Source of the DNA: Mobula hypostoma | Taxonomy: Eukaryota | DNA length: 64,000 bases | Reading direction: 5' to 3' | NCBI RefSeq assembly: GCF_963921235.1 | Contig: NC_086124.1 | Coordinates: forward strand, 24,242,001 to 24,306,000 | In this document: piece by piece, positions 37,444 to 50,090 of the stretch | Numbering within the stretch: the first letter of the stretch is position 1 | Layout of the letters: each line of letters begins with the position of its first letter | Position numbers and translations under genes: made by a program | Notes under the pieces: model-generated | The model's input: the letters and a program-made list of their open reading frames with translations, nothing else | Databases searched by the model: none | What the model was told of the DNA's origin: nothing

Positions 37444-40299
37444 AATCTCATTTCAATAAACTTTAGGAACTACTATCTGATGATTAACTTCCCATTACTC
37501 ACTCTCAGGAATTGTAGGCGATCTCCACTTTCTCATTAACACTCTCTTTTCAAAATAATATCCTACTGGCACTTTTTCAATTTCATTATCTGGAAGAGCT
37601 TGTTCTTTTAATTTAACTATCTCAGGATCTCTACCTTGCTCTGCTATCATCGCCTTCCGAGATAAAGACAAATCTTCCTGGTCAGACCTACCACCAAAAT
37701 CCTGATCAAATAGTGTAGGTAAAAAAGTTTCTGATACATCCTCAAAATCCGAATCTTGATTTGAACAGTCATGGGTAACAACCTCATCCTTTACATCAGT
37801 CTTTTTAGCCATAGCTCTTGTTATAACACAGGAAGAATCTGTGTTAGAATCCCTCTGTGTTTCCTCAGAATTAGGATTTATTGTTAAATGCACTTCAGGA
37901 AAAACTTGTCCACCTGCTAAATCATTCCCTAACAAAAGGGGAACATCATTCACATGTAAACTGGATTGTAGTCCTACTTTAACCACCCTGTAACTAATCC
38001 TGACCTTAAATTTACTCTATGTAAATGTACTGGAATAAGGGCACTCCCAACGCCGCTTATATAATTTACCTCATCAATGTCAGACTCATTACTAAACTTT
38101 AGCGCACTGTCTAATATTAGTGATTGAGAAGCTCCAGTATCTCTAAGTATTCTTATTGGTACTGCATTGGATCCTTCTTTCAATGATACAAATACTTCTG
38201 TTATAAAATGTTCATATCCCTTCTTAACTTGGTCAGACTCTGACACATCTTCATTAGTATTTTCTAAACCCTGTGAATTTGCAGGTGTTTCAATATGCTG
38301 CACACAAGCATCTGGGACAACTTCTTTCTCTTTCTTTTTCAATTGAAAGCAATTAGCTACTACATGTCCAGATTTCATAAATGTACATAGAAACATAGAA
38401 AATAGGTGCAGAAGTAGGCCATTGCTCTTTCGGCCACCCTAAACTCAGAGCAATAGTTTCGAAATCTGGAAATGTTTGTCCACTTCAGCTTCATTAAATG
38501 GAGGAGCCAAAATAACCTCACCACTGGCAATAAACTGTTTCTTAGTACAAGAAGACTGATTCCCGGACTTTAATTTCTCTATCTCTAGCTCAAATTTCCT
38601 CTGGTTTTCAGCTTCTCTTTCTTTAAATTCCCTTATTTTATGGGCCTCTCTAGCCTCGAATTCCTTCTGTTTATTTTCAGCTTCTAACAGACTTCTTTCC
38701 AAATCAGTTTCTAATTGCTTTAACTTTATTTGTTCCAAGATGTAACTGCATTTCCAGATTACTCATTGGAAACCTATCTAGCACCTCATCATCAAACGTG
38801 TTCAAACTAATATAATGCTCAGCGATTTTTCTTTGTATTAAAGCCTTTGTAGTATTCTTTGTAATTCCCTAAATATCCAAATTCCTAGCAATCCCCAATA
38901 CCTCAGGTTTTCTCGCATTCTCTAAAGACACCGGAATCGGAACATATCCTGGCCGAGCCCCCACAAATTGTTACATAACCAGCAACAATGAATATCAATC
39001 GAGGCAGGTTATATAAAAACAACCAAACATTTATTAAACATGGATAAACAATAAAAAAAAACAAAAACTTTAACTGGAAGTTAACCGCTATGCGGCCGTT
39101 CAACAAGCTGTCACTTGTTCTTAAAGCATTAAATGCGAAAACAGTTCTTAAAGCAGTAAAGTCAAATACAGTTCTTAAAATGGTAAATTCAAAAGTCCAA
39201 CAGATTTATACATTTAAATGGGGAGAGACTTGTCTGGAAAAAGGATTTCTTCATAGACGCGACTTTCCTATTGGTTCTGTCCAAAGGATTCACGATGCAG
39301 GAAATAAATGGCTTAAAACAACTGACCTTAATTTCTAGAGAGCAAACCTTGCATGAACTTCCTTGCTCTTTTGGCAAGAATTATCTACAATGCAGGTCGT
39401 TATCTTCAATGAAGACTCAATAAGGTTGATCCCTTGTTATACTGCCGAACGATACCAACTTCTCTTAATCCTTCGGGTCCTGTACTTCGATAAAGTCTTC
39501 ACTCTCCAGTACTGCTGGAAAAAGGTACATCAACACATCTAGCAAAAATTGTCAGTCCAGCACTATGGTACCTTGCAACAGAACATAACACTCCATTTTA
39601 AAAATGAAACTGCGTCATAAAATAAATACGCAACAGAAACAGAGACGCACTAACATTCTAGCTGGAAAACTAAAAACTAATAAAAAACTAACTGCGTCAT
39701 CTGAGGTCTTCCCTTATATAACCGTGGTGCACAGGTCACCACGTGACCTCACATCGGCAGGAAAATTACATCAGGTGACCTCCAAAAGACCATTACATCA
39801 TTCTGACAAGACCTCCTTGAGGTATGTAACAATATGACAAATAAAACTAATTTCTATTCTTTACTTTTAATCTCTGTTAGCTTCACCAAAGAGCATTTTG
39901 CAGACATTACTTTGGTGCTGTTTGCGAGATCATCTCACATGTGAACAACCAGCCTATTTCCTTGCTGAGTGACAGTGACTGCTTTGATAGGGTCTGGGGA
40001 GGATTTGGGTCTGTGAACCTCCTGTACCTAATAAAGTGGCCACTGAGTGCATGTTCATGGTCTTCTGCCGCAGTAGCTCATCCACTTCAAGCTTCAACAT
40101 GTTGGCCTGAAACTTCTGCAGTAGGTCTACAGTGGAGACATTCTCACTGGCTCTCCACTCAGTCTTGCAGCACCTGGACAACAGCAATATCTACATCAGG
40201 CTGCAGTTTTAGAAGTTGACAAGGATGCATACAGGATTGAGAAAGATCAGCTGGTTGAGTGGTGTCGCAACAACAACCTTGCAGTCGATGTCACAAAGT

Positions 40300-40985
40300 G
40301 TGTGTCCTATCGTTGTACACCAAGATTGGTCTGTCCTTGACACTCCCCACCATTCACAGTGTGTGTGTATCCTGTCATTGTGGAGTGAAGTCCCATTGTC
40401 CCTTGACACTCCCCAACATTCACTGTGTGTATCCAGCCTTTCTACACTGAGGTCCCCCTGTTCCCTAATACTTTACAGCATTTGCGGTGTGTGCCCTAGC
40501 TTTGTAAACCAGGTTCGCTATGACTCTCGACATCCTCTACAATTCACACTGTACATCCTACCGTTCTACACAATCTGTCCCTGGATACACCACACCATTC
40601 ATGGTGTGTGTCCTACCCTTGAACACCGAGTCGCTCTGTCTCTCGACACTCCTCACCAGTCACATAGTCTCTCCTACCCTTGTATACGGAAGTCCATTTG
40701 AACCCCGGCTCTCCTCACCACTCATGGTGCCTTCCCGCATACACTGTGGTGCACTGAGATCCCTCTATCCCTCAACACTCCCTATCATAAGCAGTGTTTG
40801 CCCTACCATTGTACACGGAGATCCCTCTATCCTTTGACACTCCCCACTATCTATGGATAGTGTCTTTTGCCCTTGTACAGTGAAGTCCCACTATCCCTTG
40901 ACACTCCCCATCATTTACTGTGTGTCCATCCCTTCTACACTGAGGTTCCTCTGTCCCTGGATACGCCACACCATTTACGACGTGT
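40300..40985. repeat. Degenerate ~62-66 bp minisatellite
   Basis: C(C/T)TTGACACTCCCC recurs at 40335, 40401, 40832 and 40896. Strongly pyrimidine-biased + strand. Confidence 0.75.
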
Positions 40986-41162
40986 GCCAACTGAATTTTT
41001 CGACCATTTTTGCATGTTTTTATGCTGCCACATGATTGGCTAATTAGATATTTGTATTGAATATGTGTACCTAATTGTATGTGTTGTTTAAACATTAGAT
41101 GCAAGAATTGATAATGTGAGTTAAAAATCTTTTTTTACAATGATCTTTTTATTTTTTCAGAG

Positions 41163-41414
41163 ACAGACAAGTTGGCATCACCTTCTTCGTTACAGATGAT
41201 CCCAGCCTGCCAAAGGGTGGAGCTGAGTTGAAGACCCAGGAGAGAAGTATTGCTTACTATGACACCACATTACCGAGTGTTCAGTTTCACTTGTCTGGCT
41301 GAGACCCATTCCGTTTACCTATGGATAAGCTATTAGCAGGAAATGTGCTCGCATGAGTAAAGTACCTGATGAACGAGGCGATGTTATTAACCAACAACTC
41401 TCTTCCCCCAAACG
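41163..41414 (+). pseudogene. WA: MHC alpha1 (membrane-distal) domain exon with two nonsense codons
   Basis: Polypyrimidine acceptor near 41160-41162. Phase-1 donor G|GTGAGT at 41415. 84 codons: DRQVGITFFV...ERSIAYYD...LSG*DPF...NVLA*VKYLMNEAMLLTNNSLPPN. TGA at 41300 and 41354. First AG (41160) is 2 nt out of frame. Confidence 0.75.
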
Positions 41415-42970
41415 GTGAGTCAAGATAGGAACGTGAGCAGCTGAGTGTACTGACTACCATCAGTCCAATAAAGCGTCCCCAGTATGGATTTAGCTCACAG
41501 TACAGGTCCTTTGGCCCATGTTGTGATGACCTTTCAAACTACACCAAGATCAACCTAACCCTTTCACTTATACAGTCCTCCAATTTCCTTTCATCTGTGT
41601 GCCTCTCTAAGACTCTCTTAAATGCCCCTAATTTATCCACCTCCTCCACCACCCCTGGCCGGGTGTTCCATGCACCCATTAACCAGAGTTTTATAGAGCT
41701 GCAACATTACCACCCAGCTCTTGAACTCAAAACTCTTCATCCGATGTTACACCACCCGACTCCTCTCCTGGTACTTTCCTCCAAATACAAAGTTATTCCA
41801 TATTATATTAGCCATTTCCACCCTGTGAAAAAGTCTTTGGATGTCCACTCTATCTATGCCTCTTATTATCTTGTACACCTCTATCAAGTCACTGCTCATC
41901 CTCCTCTTCTCTGACGAGATAAGCCCTAGCATACTCAATCTATCCTCATGAGACATGTTTTCTAATCCAGACACCATCCTCTGCACTCTCTCTAAAGCTC
42001 TGCATCTTTCCTATAGTGAGGCGACCAGAACTAAACCCAAAACACCAAGTATGGTCTAAACATTTCCTGCCTTCTTAAGATCCATTTCACTGACTACTTT
42101 CATTAGAAATTTGAGTTAAGAGCGTGTGCACAAATGGCTGGCACTGTGGCGCACTGGCATAATTAATCCTTTGTTGTATTAGGATACTACTGGCAGTTAG
42201 TTCCATGGCTCCATCAAATAGATGATATGAACATTGATTGTCAAATGGCAGATGATTAGCAAGCTTCCAATACATCTGCTCGCAGTAGAATGTTTCTGGC
42301 TGTCTTCTTTACTCTGTAGAAACACTGAATTTCAAAAGTAAATTTTATATTGTTGGCATTGCTGAAGGGAATTACATGGACTTGGTTCGCTATCTTCCCA
42401 CTATGGTTGTGTTGCCGGCAGTGAGTCGGCAGTCCCAGTAAACAGTGGATCATGTACTCTTCTTGCTGCTGCTATCATGAAGAAGTACAGGAGCCTCAGG
42501 ACTGACACCACCATATTCAGGAACACTGTAGCTATTACCCCATCAACCATCAGACTCCTGAATCAGTGGTAACAACTTCACTTGCCCCATCGCTGAAATG
42601 TTCCCACACCTATGGACTCGCTTTCCAGGACGCTTCATCTCATATTTTTGATATTTATTGCTTATTTATTTCTTGTTATTATTTTTTCTTCTGTATTTGC
42701 ACAGTTTGCTGTGTTTTACAGACAGGTTGTTTGTCCACCCTGTTGGGTGTGGTCTTCCATTGATTCATTTATGGTTATTGGATTGACCAAGCATGCCCAC
42801 GAGAAATCAAATCTCAAGGCTGTATATAGTGAAATGTATGTGCTTTGATAATAAATTTACTTTGAACTTTAGAACTTTGAAAGAAAATATGACTGAAGTG
42901 GATTAATAGATATTAATCATCATCCAGTGCAATTGACATTTACAAAAAAATCCTTAATTCACTGTTTTAG

Positions 42971-43252
42971 AAATCGGTTAGCTCTATCTGTACTCAGAGA
43001 AACCAGCTGTCTTCGGGGAGGTAAACACTTTGACCTGTTTCGCCAGCGGCTTTTTCCCACCGGCCGTAATTGTAACGTTGCAGAAGAACAAGAAGCCTGT
43101 CAATGGCGAAGTTAACTCCTCACACCTCTCATTTGGCAAAGATTGGCGATTTCAAGTGCTCCACTACACATACATCCAGCCAGCAAACGGTGACGTATAC
43201 TCTTGTAGAGTGCTCCATAACATCAGCAAAGAGGAAAAAGTAGTTTACTGGG
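42971..43252 (+). pseudogene. WA: MHC Ig-C1 alpha2 exon, beta2m-like (W-category WA)
   Basis: ttttag| acceptor and G|GTAAGA donor, 282 nt, phase 1-1. EIG*LYLYSEKPAVFGEVNTLTCFASGFFPPAVIVTLQKN...SHLSFGKDWRFQVL...DVYSCRVLH...VVYW. TAG at 42979. Confidence 0.92.
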
Positions 43253-43411
43253 GTAAGAGAATTGAACCATTCTGTTATGGTTATTATTCTATAGATTTGC
43301 TGAGTATGTCTACAGGAAAATCAACCTCAGGGTTGTATATGGTGATGTATATGTACTTTGATAATAAAATTACTTTTTGAACTTTGAAATGCTCTGGGGT
43401 AAATGATAAAG

Positions 43412-43700
43412 GGCAGCACAGTAACATGGTGGTTAGCGCAGTGCTTTACAACACCAACAAAAATCGAGGTTCGATTGCTGTCTGTAAGGAGTTTGTATGT
43501 TCTCTCCATTACCGCATAGGTTTTGTCCAAGTGCTCTGCTTTCTTCCTACATTCCTAAGAGTGGGTTAAAGTTACTGAGTTGTGGGCTTGCTCTGTCGGC
43601 ACCGGCAGAATGGCGGTATTTGTGGGCTGCCCTCAGCACAATCCTCACTGATATGATTTGATGCAAAACTGATGTTTTGATCTTTCAATGTACATGTGAC
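43412..43700 (+). mobile_element. tRNA-derived SINE (related copies at about 27650-27900, 29200-29440, 44120-44330, 53130-53640)
   Basis: A-box-like TGGTTAGCGC, B-box-like GGTTCGATT, tail ...CAATGTACATGTGACAAATAAAGCTAAT. Confidence 0.7.
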
Positions 43701-44776
43701 AAATAAAGCTAATCTCTGAAATCCTGCTCATTGCCTGCAGTGCTGACTGACAGTGTTTTCCAGTGGAAGTGTTGTTGAGATCAGGATTTTAGCAAGTACA
43801 AGGACAAGCTTCCGTTAGCACATTTCAGCTAGCCTTGTACCACTCCAACCCGAGCTGGAGCCTAGCAATAGATTCACTAATGAGGGGTAGTGTTGAAGCA
43901 CTCCATCCTGGATGAGATTGGTTTTAACCCTCTTGTTGCTCTGTTAGGCCAGTGGGAGGAAAAGCAGCCCAGGTTCCTGCTTACACTCAGTATTCAGCAA
44001 TTCCCAGTGGAACGTGAAGGATGCAACGTGACTATTTGGGCTTTATGTCGATCAACCCCATTGCTCATGTTGCTTTTTTTTTTAGTGATGCAGCTTGGAA
44101 AGGGCCGTTCCAGCCGCACTGCTCAGCAGCTCCTGATTTTTAACAATGACCAATTAACCTACCAATTGGTACATCATTGGACTGTGGGAGTAAACTGGAG
44201 CACCTGGAGGAAACCCAGTCCATCATGGGGAGAACATACCAACTACTTGCAGACAGCTGCAGGAATTAAACCCCGTCACTGGTATTGTAAAGTGTTGTGC
44301 CAACCTCTGCGTTACTGTGCCATTGTTAGTTCACAGTCATTTAATCATAAAGTCACAGAAAAGTACAGCACAGAAGCAGGACCTTTGCCCCATCTAATCT
44401 GCCCACTCCCTTTGACTGTAGCCCTACCATCCCTGTATCTTTCCAAACTTCTCTTAAACACCGAAATCGAGCTCGCATCCACCACTTCTGCTGGGAGCTT
44501 GTTCCACACTCTCACAGCTGTCTGAGTGAAGAAGTTTCCCCTCATGTTCACCTTTTACCCTTCATCCATGAGCTCCAGTTGTAGTCCCATCCAACCTCAG
44601 GGAAAAAAGCCTGCTTGCATTTATCCCATCTATACCTGTTGAAAAGTACTTTCAGCTGAGAATGGGGAACACGAGAAACCCAAGAGGACAATTTAGTTGT
44701 GGTACCTCATCTTTGTTCAAGCTGATTTTAAAAACTAGTTCCTTGCTTAAAAAATAATTGTGTGCTTTGTTCACAG

Positions 44777-44949
44777 AACCAGAAGAGCAAAGTCGTGCTG
44801 AAGGACTGGATACAAACCAGATTGCTGTTTTGATCTGTGGGCTGATTATAGGAATACTTGGCACAGCAGCTGGACTCTACTTATGTTTTTCGTTGCTACA
44901 GTCTGGCTGGAGCTCTTTGATAATCCAGATCAATACTCCTTCTCAATGA
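44777..44949 (+). pseudogene. WA: Connecting peptide / TM / cytoplasmic exon, class II alpha type
   Basis: ttcacag| acceptor, phase 1, joins as VYW-EPE. IAVLICGLIIGILGTAAGLYL has the G-x3-G-x2-G-x3-G spacing of class II alpha TM helices. Stop TGA 44947-44949. Confidence 0.88.
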
Positions 44950-47139
44950 AAAAATAATCCCTGCATTATTTCCCAGTGGTCTGTACCTTGCTTTGTCGCA
45001 GTTTTGTGCACTCAGATTTGTAATGCATCATTCTCTTCCATCTTATGGCATTGATTTCAAATTCCGCTTTCGAATTTTGGTATCTTTTATTTCATCTGGC
45101 AGTCGTCCATTTTAATGCACCGTCTGCTAAATGCAGCAGCAATCTCCTTCAGACAGATAAGATCACAGGTAGGTCGGGTCCTAAAATGAATGGCACATTC
45201 ACCTTCATAAATCAAAGTATTGAGTACAGGAGTTGGGATGTTATGGTGAAGTTGCACAAGACATTGGTGAAGCCTAAGCTGGAGTATCGTGTTCAGTTCT
45301 GATCACCAACCTACAGGAAAGATATCAATAAAACTGAAAGAATGCAAAGAAAATTTACAAGGACGTTGCTGGAAGTTGCAGACCTGAATTAGAAGGAAAA
45401 GTTGAATAGGTGAAGACCGTATTCCCTAGAGCATAGGAGACCAACGGAGTTTTGAGAGAGGTGTATAAAATTATGAGGGAAGTAGGTGAAATTGTTGCAA
45501 GCAGGCCTTTTCCACTGAGAACTAGAGGTTATGGCTTAAGGGTGGAAGTGAAATGTTTAAGGTAAAGCTCTTCACACAGCGGGTGGTGAGAATGTGGACG
45601 GAACAAGCTGCCAAGGGAAATGGTGGATGATGGTTTGGTTTCAGCATTTAAGAGAAATTTGGATAAATATGGGTGGGAGGGGTATGGAGGGCTATGGACC
45701 AGGTGTGGTTCGATGGGACTAGATAAAATAGCAGTTCATCACAGACTAGGTGGGCAAAGGAGCCTTTTTCTGTGCTGCAGTGGTCTGACACATCTGCTTC
45801 TTCAACCATTCTGCATCTCTGTTAGGGGAATTCATTTGCTATGAAAATTCAATTCAAGTTGGTCACAAATACATTGGACAGGGACTCTGAAATGATTAGG
45901 GACTACCTTTATTCATGGACAAGGTAGAATCACTCGCTAACAGTGAGATCGCCAAGTCCTCCAAAGAATAATAGTCATAGCCTTTTTTATACATACACAC
46001 AGGAATTCAATTACATCAGTCAATGCTTTAAAAAAAAAATCAATCCTGTGTGTCTTATCAATTCCCATGAAAATGCCAGAGGCAGCCTCTTGTCTGCCCA
46101 CAGCACACAGGGATGGGTTATTAAACATCCCTGAAACTAAGATGGATTATTGCAAACATGCTGAGAGCCCAGGCTGAATGCTGAATCTTTATCCATGATA
46201 TATAGAAGGTTAATTAAATCCTTGGATCCAGTAAATTGTTAAAAGTACAAAGGTATAGTTTGTTTTATATGTTAGTATCTGACAAATGAAGGAAAAACCA
46301 GGACACTTATTGTAATTGTCAGAAACTTAACAGCCCACAGGGTCCTCCCTACAATTTATGACCTTCAGTGTCTTCATCTTGTTCTTGCAACTGTGTTATG
46401 CACTAAGGTCAGCACTATGCATATTGCTAATTAAAGGAAGGTGCAGAATATCTCAGATGGCTTAACGTTTTATTCAGAATTTTCTTCCAGACTGACCTAC
46501 TTCTGCCCTTCTGCTCTGCTGTGCCATAAAGCCTTCGTAAACCATTTCCTTACCACCAATTTCCCAATTTTCACTTCTCTTTGTGAAGTTGGTGAGGTGC
46601 ATTTCTGGGTGTGTGAGCCATTACTGTTGTTGTAAATTAAAGCTCATCATTAAATCAATGGATACAAAAACTCTATACATCTAAAGCAGAAAATAAGTCT
46701 CTGCTGTTTGGAGAATAAAAGGTTTGTTTTGCACAAAATCTGCAGTTCCTCACTTTTGCAACTACTGCCTCTGTAAATTACCATTTTCTTTTCTCAGGGT
46801 AGCTGGTAATAATTTTTTCCTGGGTAGGTGTTCAATGAGTCAAATTGCACGTTATCCTGCATTTCAGACAAATGTGACTCCTGTTTAGTATTTTAGTGTT
46901 TGACTCTTGCCAAATGATCATGCTGTTATTTTACAACATACAAAAGGCACACAATGGTCAGGGATTTACAAAACTAACAACAACTTTGAATTAAAGTACA
47001 ATTACTATAGTCTACAAATCACTCAGTTCCTGGGGCGGGGGGTGAGGGGGTGTTGCACCATTCTCAGAAATCCCCTATTGTGCTCGTGGAAGCATTTGCA
47101 TGAATATAATACTGGAAGAGGGATAGTTAGTCAGCTCAA

Positions 47140-47390
47140 GCAGAGACCTTGACTGCCTGCTGCCTGGACCCGTGAATGGCCATTTTGGCTAGGCCCAGGA
47201 ACGAGCCTACTGAGAGATATCTGAGTGTCCCACCACGCCGCCGCCGCCCCCCCCCACAATACTGCGTGATTGTAGTTGATGAGCACAAGCATGACGTGCA
47301 GCCAGAACTTGAGCAGCAGCTTCTTCAGACATTCAAACCTCTCACACTCCACGTACATTCCGTGGCCATCTGCTCGTTCGTACAAATATC
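47140..47390 (-). mobile_element. Tx1-type LINE ORF2 C-terminal remnant
   Basis: HGMYVECERF...LKKLLLKFWLH and LGLAKMAIHGSRQQAV. Confidence 0.75.
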
Positions 47391-48229
47391 TAACGAATCA
47401 ATCATATTGCAGCAACTTAATGTATAAAACATGCAGAACTGTTCAAGAGGTTCAGTTGTTGTTCAGACCAAACATCAGAATGGGGAAGAAATGTGATCCA
47501 AGTGACTTTGACGGTGGAATGAATGCTGGTGCCAGACGGGTGGATCGAGTATCTCAGAAGCTGCTGAGCAAAGCTTTCTCCACCATTGAGCACATCTACA
47601 GGAGATGATGTTGCAGTCAAGCAGCATCTATGATTAAGGACTCCCACCACCCAGGGTATGCTTTCTCCTTGCTGCTGCCATCATGAAGAAGGTACAAGAG
47701 CCTTAGGATAACTTCACTGAACTTCACTTCCCCATCATTGAAATGTTGCCACCACCAGTGAACTAATTTTCGAGAACTCTTCAGCTCACGTTTTTGATAT
47801 TTATTCTTATTTATTATAATTTCTTTCTTTTTTTGTATTTGCAGAAGAAATACTGCAATCCAGAGCATTGGTATTGGAGAGGTCCAAGGTGAGGTTCACG
47901 AGAATGATCCTGGGAATGAAAGAGTTAATGCATGAGGAGCATTTGAAGGCTCTGGGTCTATAGTCACTGGAGCTTAGATGGATGGGGGAGGGGTGGGTGG
48001 GACGTCATTGAAAACTGACTGGATATTGAAAGACCTGGTTGGAGTGGATGTGGAGAGGATGTTTCCTAGACTAGGGGAGTCTAGGTCCACAGGGCTCAGA
48101 CACAGAGTAGAAGGATGTCCTTTTACAACAGAGATAAGGAGGAATTTCTTTTGCCAAGGGGTTGTGAATCTGTGGAATTCATTGCTACAGTTGGCTGTGG
48201 AGGAGAAGTCATTGGATATATGAGTTTAA

Positions 48230-50040
48230 AAAGGAAGGTTGCTTCCAACGGCTTTCTTTTGGATCAGGACGACAGAGCGGCGTAGTAGTTGAATTCTGAA
48301 GGAAGGCAGTTTTATTAAAAACTTCTTCAAGTGCAAGAAGGACGAGACTGCGCAGGCACGTGACATAACAGGACAGGGCGGAGAGTTTAAAAAAGAGACC
48401 ACCCTATACAGCGGGCAGCGGAGTGAGTGGTAGCAGAGTGTAGGGCTTTGGCTTCAACGGGCTTCGGCGGTAAACGGGAAGAGGCGAGAGCAAGGCACCA
48501 ACTCTTTTTTTTTCTGCCCTTCCCCTTTTGCGAATCAGCCCAGACAGACAGGAACAGCGGGGCTCACACAGCTAATGGTACGAGCTAACGGTTTAAAAAG
48601 TTCATCTGTTTGGCAAGGTAGGTGGGTGAGCAGACTTATTTTTCCCGTTTCATTCCTGTAGAATTAGATAGCATGCATGCTGGGTTTGTGCTTTGCTCAG
48701 GGTGTCAGATGTGGGACTCCTGGGAGACCTCCAGCCTCCCTGATGGCCACATCTGCTCTAGGTGCACCGAGATGCAGCTCCTCAGAGACCGTGTTAGGGA
48801 TCTGGAGCTGCAGCGAGATGACCTACTGCTTATCAGGGAAAGTGAAGAGGTGATAGACAGGAGCTACAGGGAGGTAGTCATCCCTAGGCTACAGGGGTCA
48901 GAACAAATATCTTGTTCTAGATCTGTTGAGGGAGATGACCTGACAGGGGACGCCCACGGTGACCAGGTCTCTGGCGCTGAGCCTGGTGCTGTTGTGCAGC
49001 AGGAAAGGAGGGAGAAGAGGAATGTGGTAGTCATAGGGGATTCCATAGTCAGGGGAACGGACAGGAGATTCTGTGAGCCTGATAGAGATACCTGCATGTT
49101 GTGTTGCTTCCCAGGTGCCAGGGTACGGGATGTCTCGGATCGGGTCCAGAATATTCTGAAGGGAGAGGGCGAGCAGCCAGTTGTCTTGGTACACGTTGGT
49201 CCCAGTGACATAGATAGGACAAGGGAAGAGGTCCCGAAGAGAGATTTCTGGGAGTTAGGAAGGAAGCTGAGAAGCAGGACCTCCAGGGTAGTAATCTCGG
49301 GATTGCTACCTGTGCCACGTGCTAGCGAGGGCAAGAACAGTAGGATTAGGCAGATGAATGCGTGGCTGAGAGAGTGGTACAGGGGGCAGGGCTTCAGATT
49401 CTTCGATAATTGGGATCTCTTCTGGGGGAAGTATGACCTGTTCAAAATGGACAGGTTACACCTAACCCGAAGGGGACCAATATCCTGGCGGGAACGTTTA
49501 ATAGAACTGTTAGGGTGGGTTTAAACTAATTTGGCAGGGGGATGGGAGCCGAAATGATAGAACGGAGGAAGGGGAAAACAGAAATAAATCTAAGATAGTG
49601 AGCAGTAAAGATGTCAGGAAAGACAGGCAGGTGATGGGGCAAATTTGTAGCCATTGGGATGAGTTGCAGTGCAATGAAGTTGCAGTGAAATTAAAGCGAA
49701 AAGTACCAAATACTGGTCTTAAGGTGTTATACTTAAATGCACGCAGCACAAGGAATAAAGTGGATGATCTTGTCGTACAGCTACAGATTGGCAGATATGA
49801 TATTGTGGCCATCACTTAGACGTGGCTAAAGGATGCATGTCTCTGGGAGCTGAACATCCAAGGATACACGGTGTATCGGAAGGATAGGAAGGTAGGCAGA
49901 GGGGGAGGCGTGGCTTTATTGGTAATAAATGATATTAAATCATTAGAAAGAGGTGATATAGGATCGGAAGGTGCAGAATCTTTATGGGTTGAGCTAAGAA
50001 ATCGCAGGGGTAAAAGGATCCTGATGGCAGTTATTTATAG
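48230..50040 (+). mobile_element. CR1 5' half: 5'UTR, ORF1 (Zn-binding + SGNH esterase-like, 48622-49524) and start of endonuclease; cut by a hAT
   Basis: CSGCQMW...CSRC; VVIGDSIVRG; VLVHVGPSD; LYLNARS; WVELRN. Confidence 0.92.
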
Positions 50041-50090
50041 CAGGGGTCCCCAACCTTTTTTGCACTGCGGACTGGTTTAATATTGACAAT

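Larger units (their letters stand above)
8852..38875 (+). repeat. Left arm of inverted segmental duplication
   Basis: Colinear chain of unique and TE pieces matching 63965 down to 52269 once copy-specific insertions are removed. Confidence 0.9.
29446..39831 (-). mobile_element. Gmr1-type Gypsy LTR retrotransposon (gag-PR-IN-RT order), decayed, with an L1 inside IN
   Basis: LTRs 29446-30305 and 38969-39831. tRNA-Pro-like PBS 38946-38963 (TGGGGGCTCGGCCAGGAT). Reading leftwards: gag 38738, DTGASQS protease, HLGVKKT/CRTCHTC integrase, then RT (FGMKNAP...YIDD) at 31141-30617. Imperfect TSD CTAT/ATAT. Confidence 0.93.
10338..44949 (+). pseudogene. WA: MHC W-category alpha-chain (WA) pseudogene, 4-exon model (leader / alpha1 / alpha2 / CP-TM-cyt)
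   Basis: Phase-1 exons of 76, 252, 282 and 173 nt join into a class-II-alpha architecture with a beta2m-like Ig domain. In-frame stops at 10344, 41300, 41354 and 42979. Confidence 0.75.

Noticed and set aside
40216-40701. 161-aa ORF
   Set aside because: Low-complexity product of the minisatellite.
42971-43252. Classical MHC class II alpha
   Set aside because: Lacks the C-strand Trp and carries the beta2m-type F/W/F motif. Not fully excluded without a tree.
43030-43380. ORF as beta2-microglobulin itself
   Set aside because: It is preceded by an alpha1-like exon and spliced in phase to a TM exon. Beta2m has neither. The ORF tail after 43252 is intron.
46358-46407. Signal-peptide-like mini-exon MTFSVFILFLQLCYAL with a GTCAGC donor
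   Set aside because: Phase 2, weak donor, downstream of the WA stop and no partner exons found.
47131-47385. GC3-rich ORF as a host exon
   Set aside because: Matches the Tx1 LINE ORF2 C-terminus.
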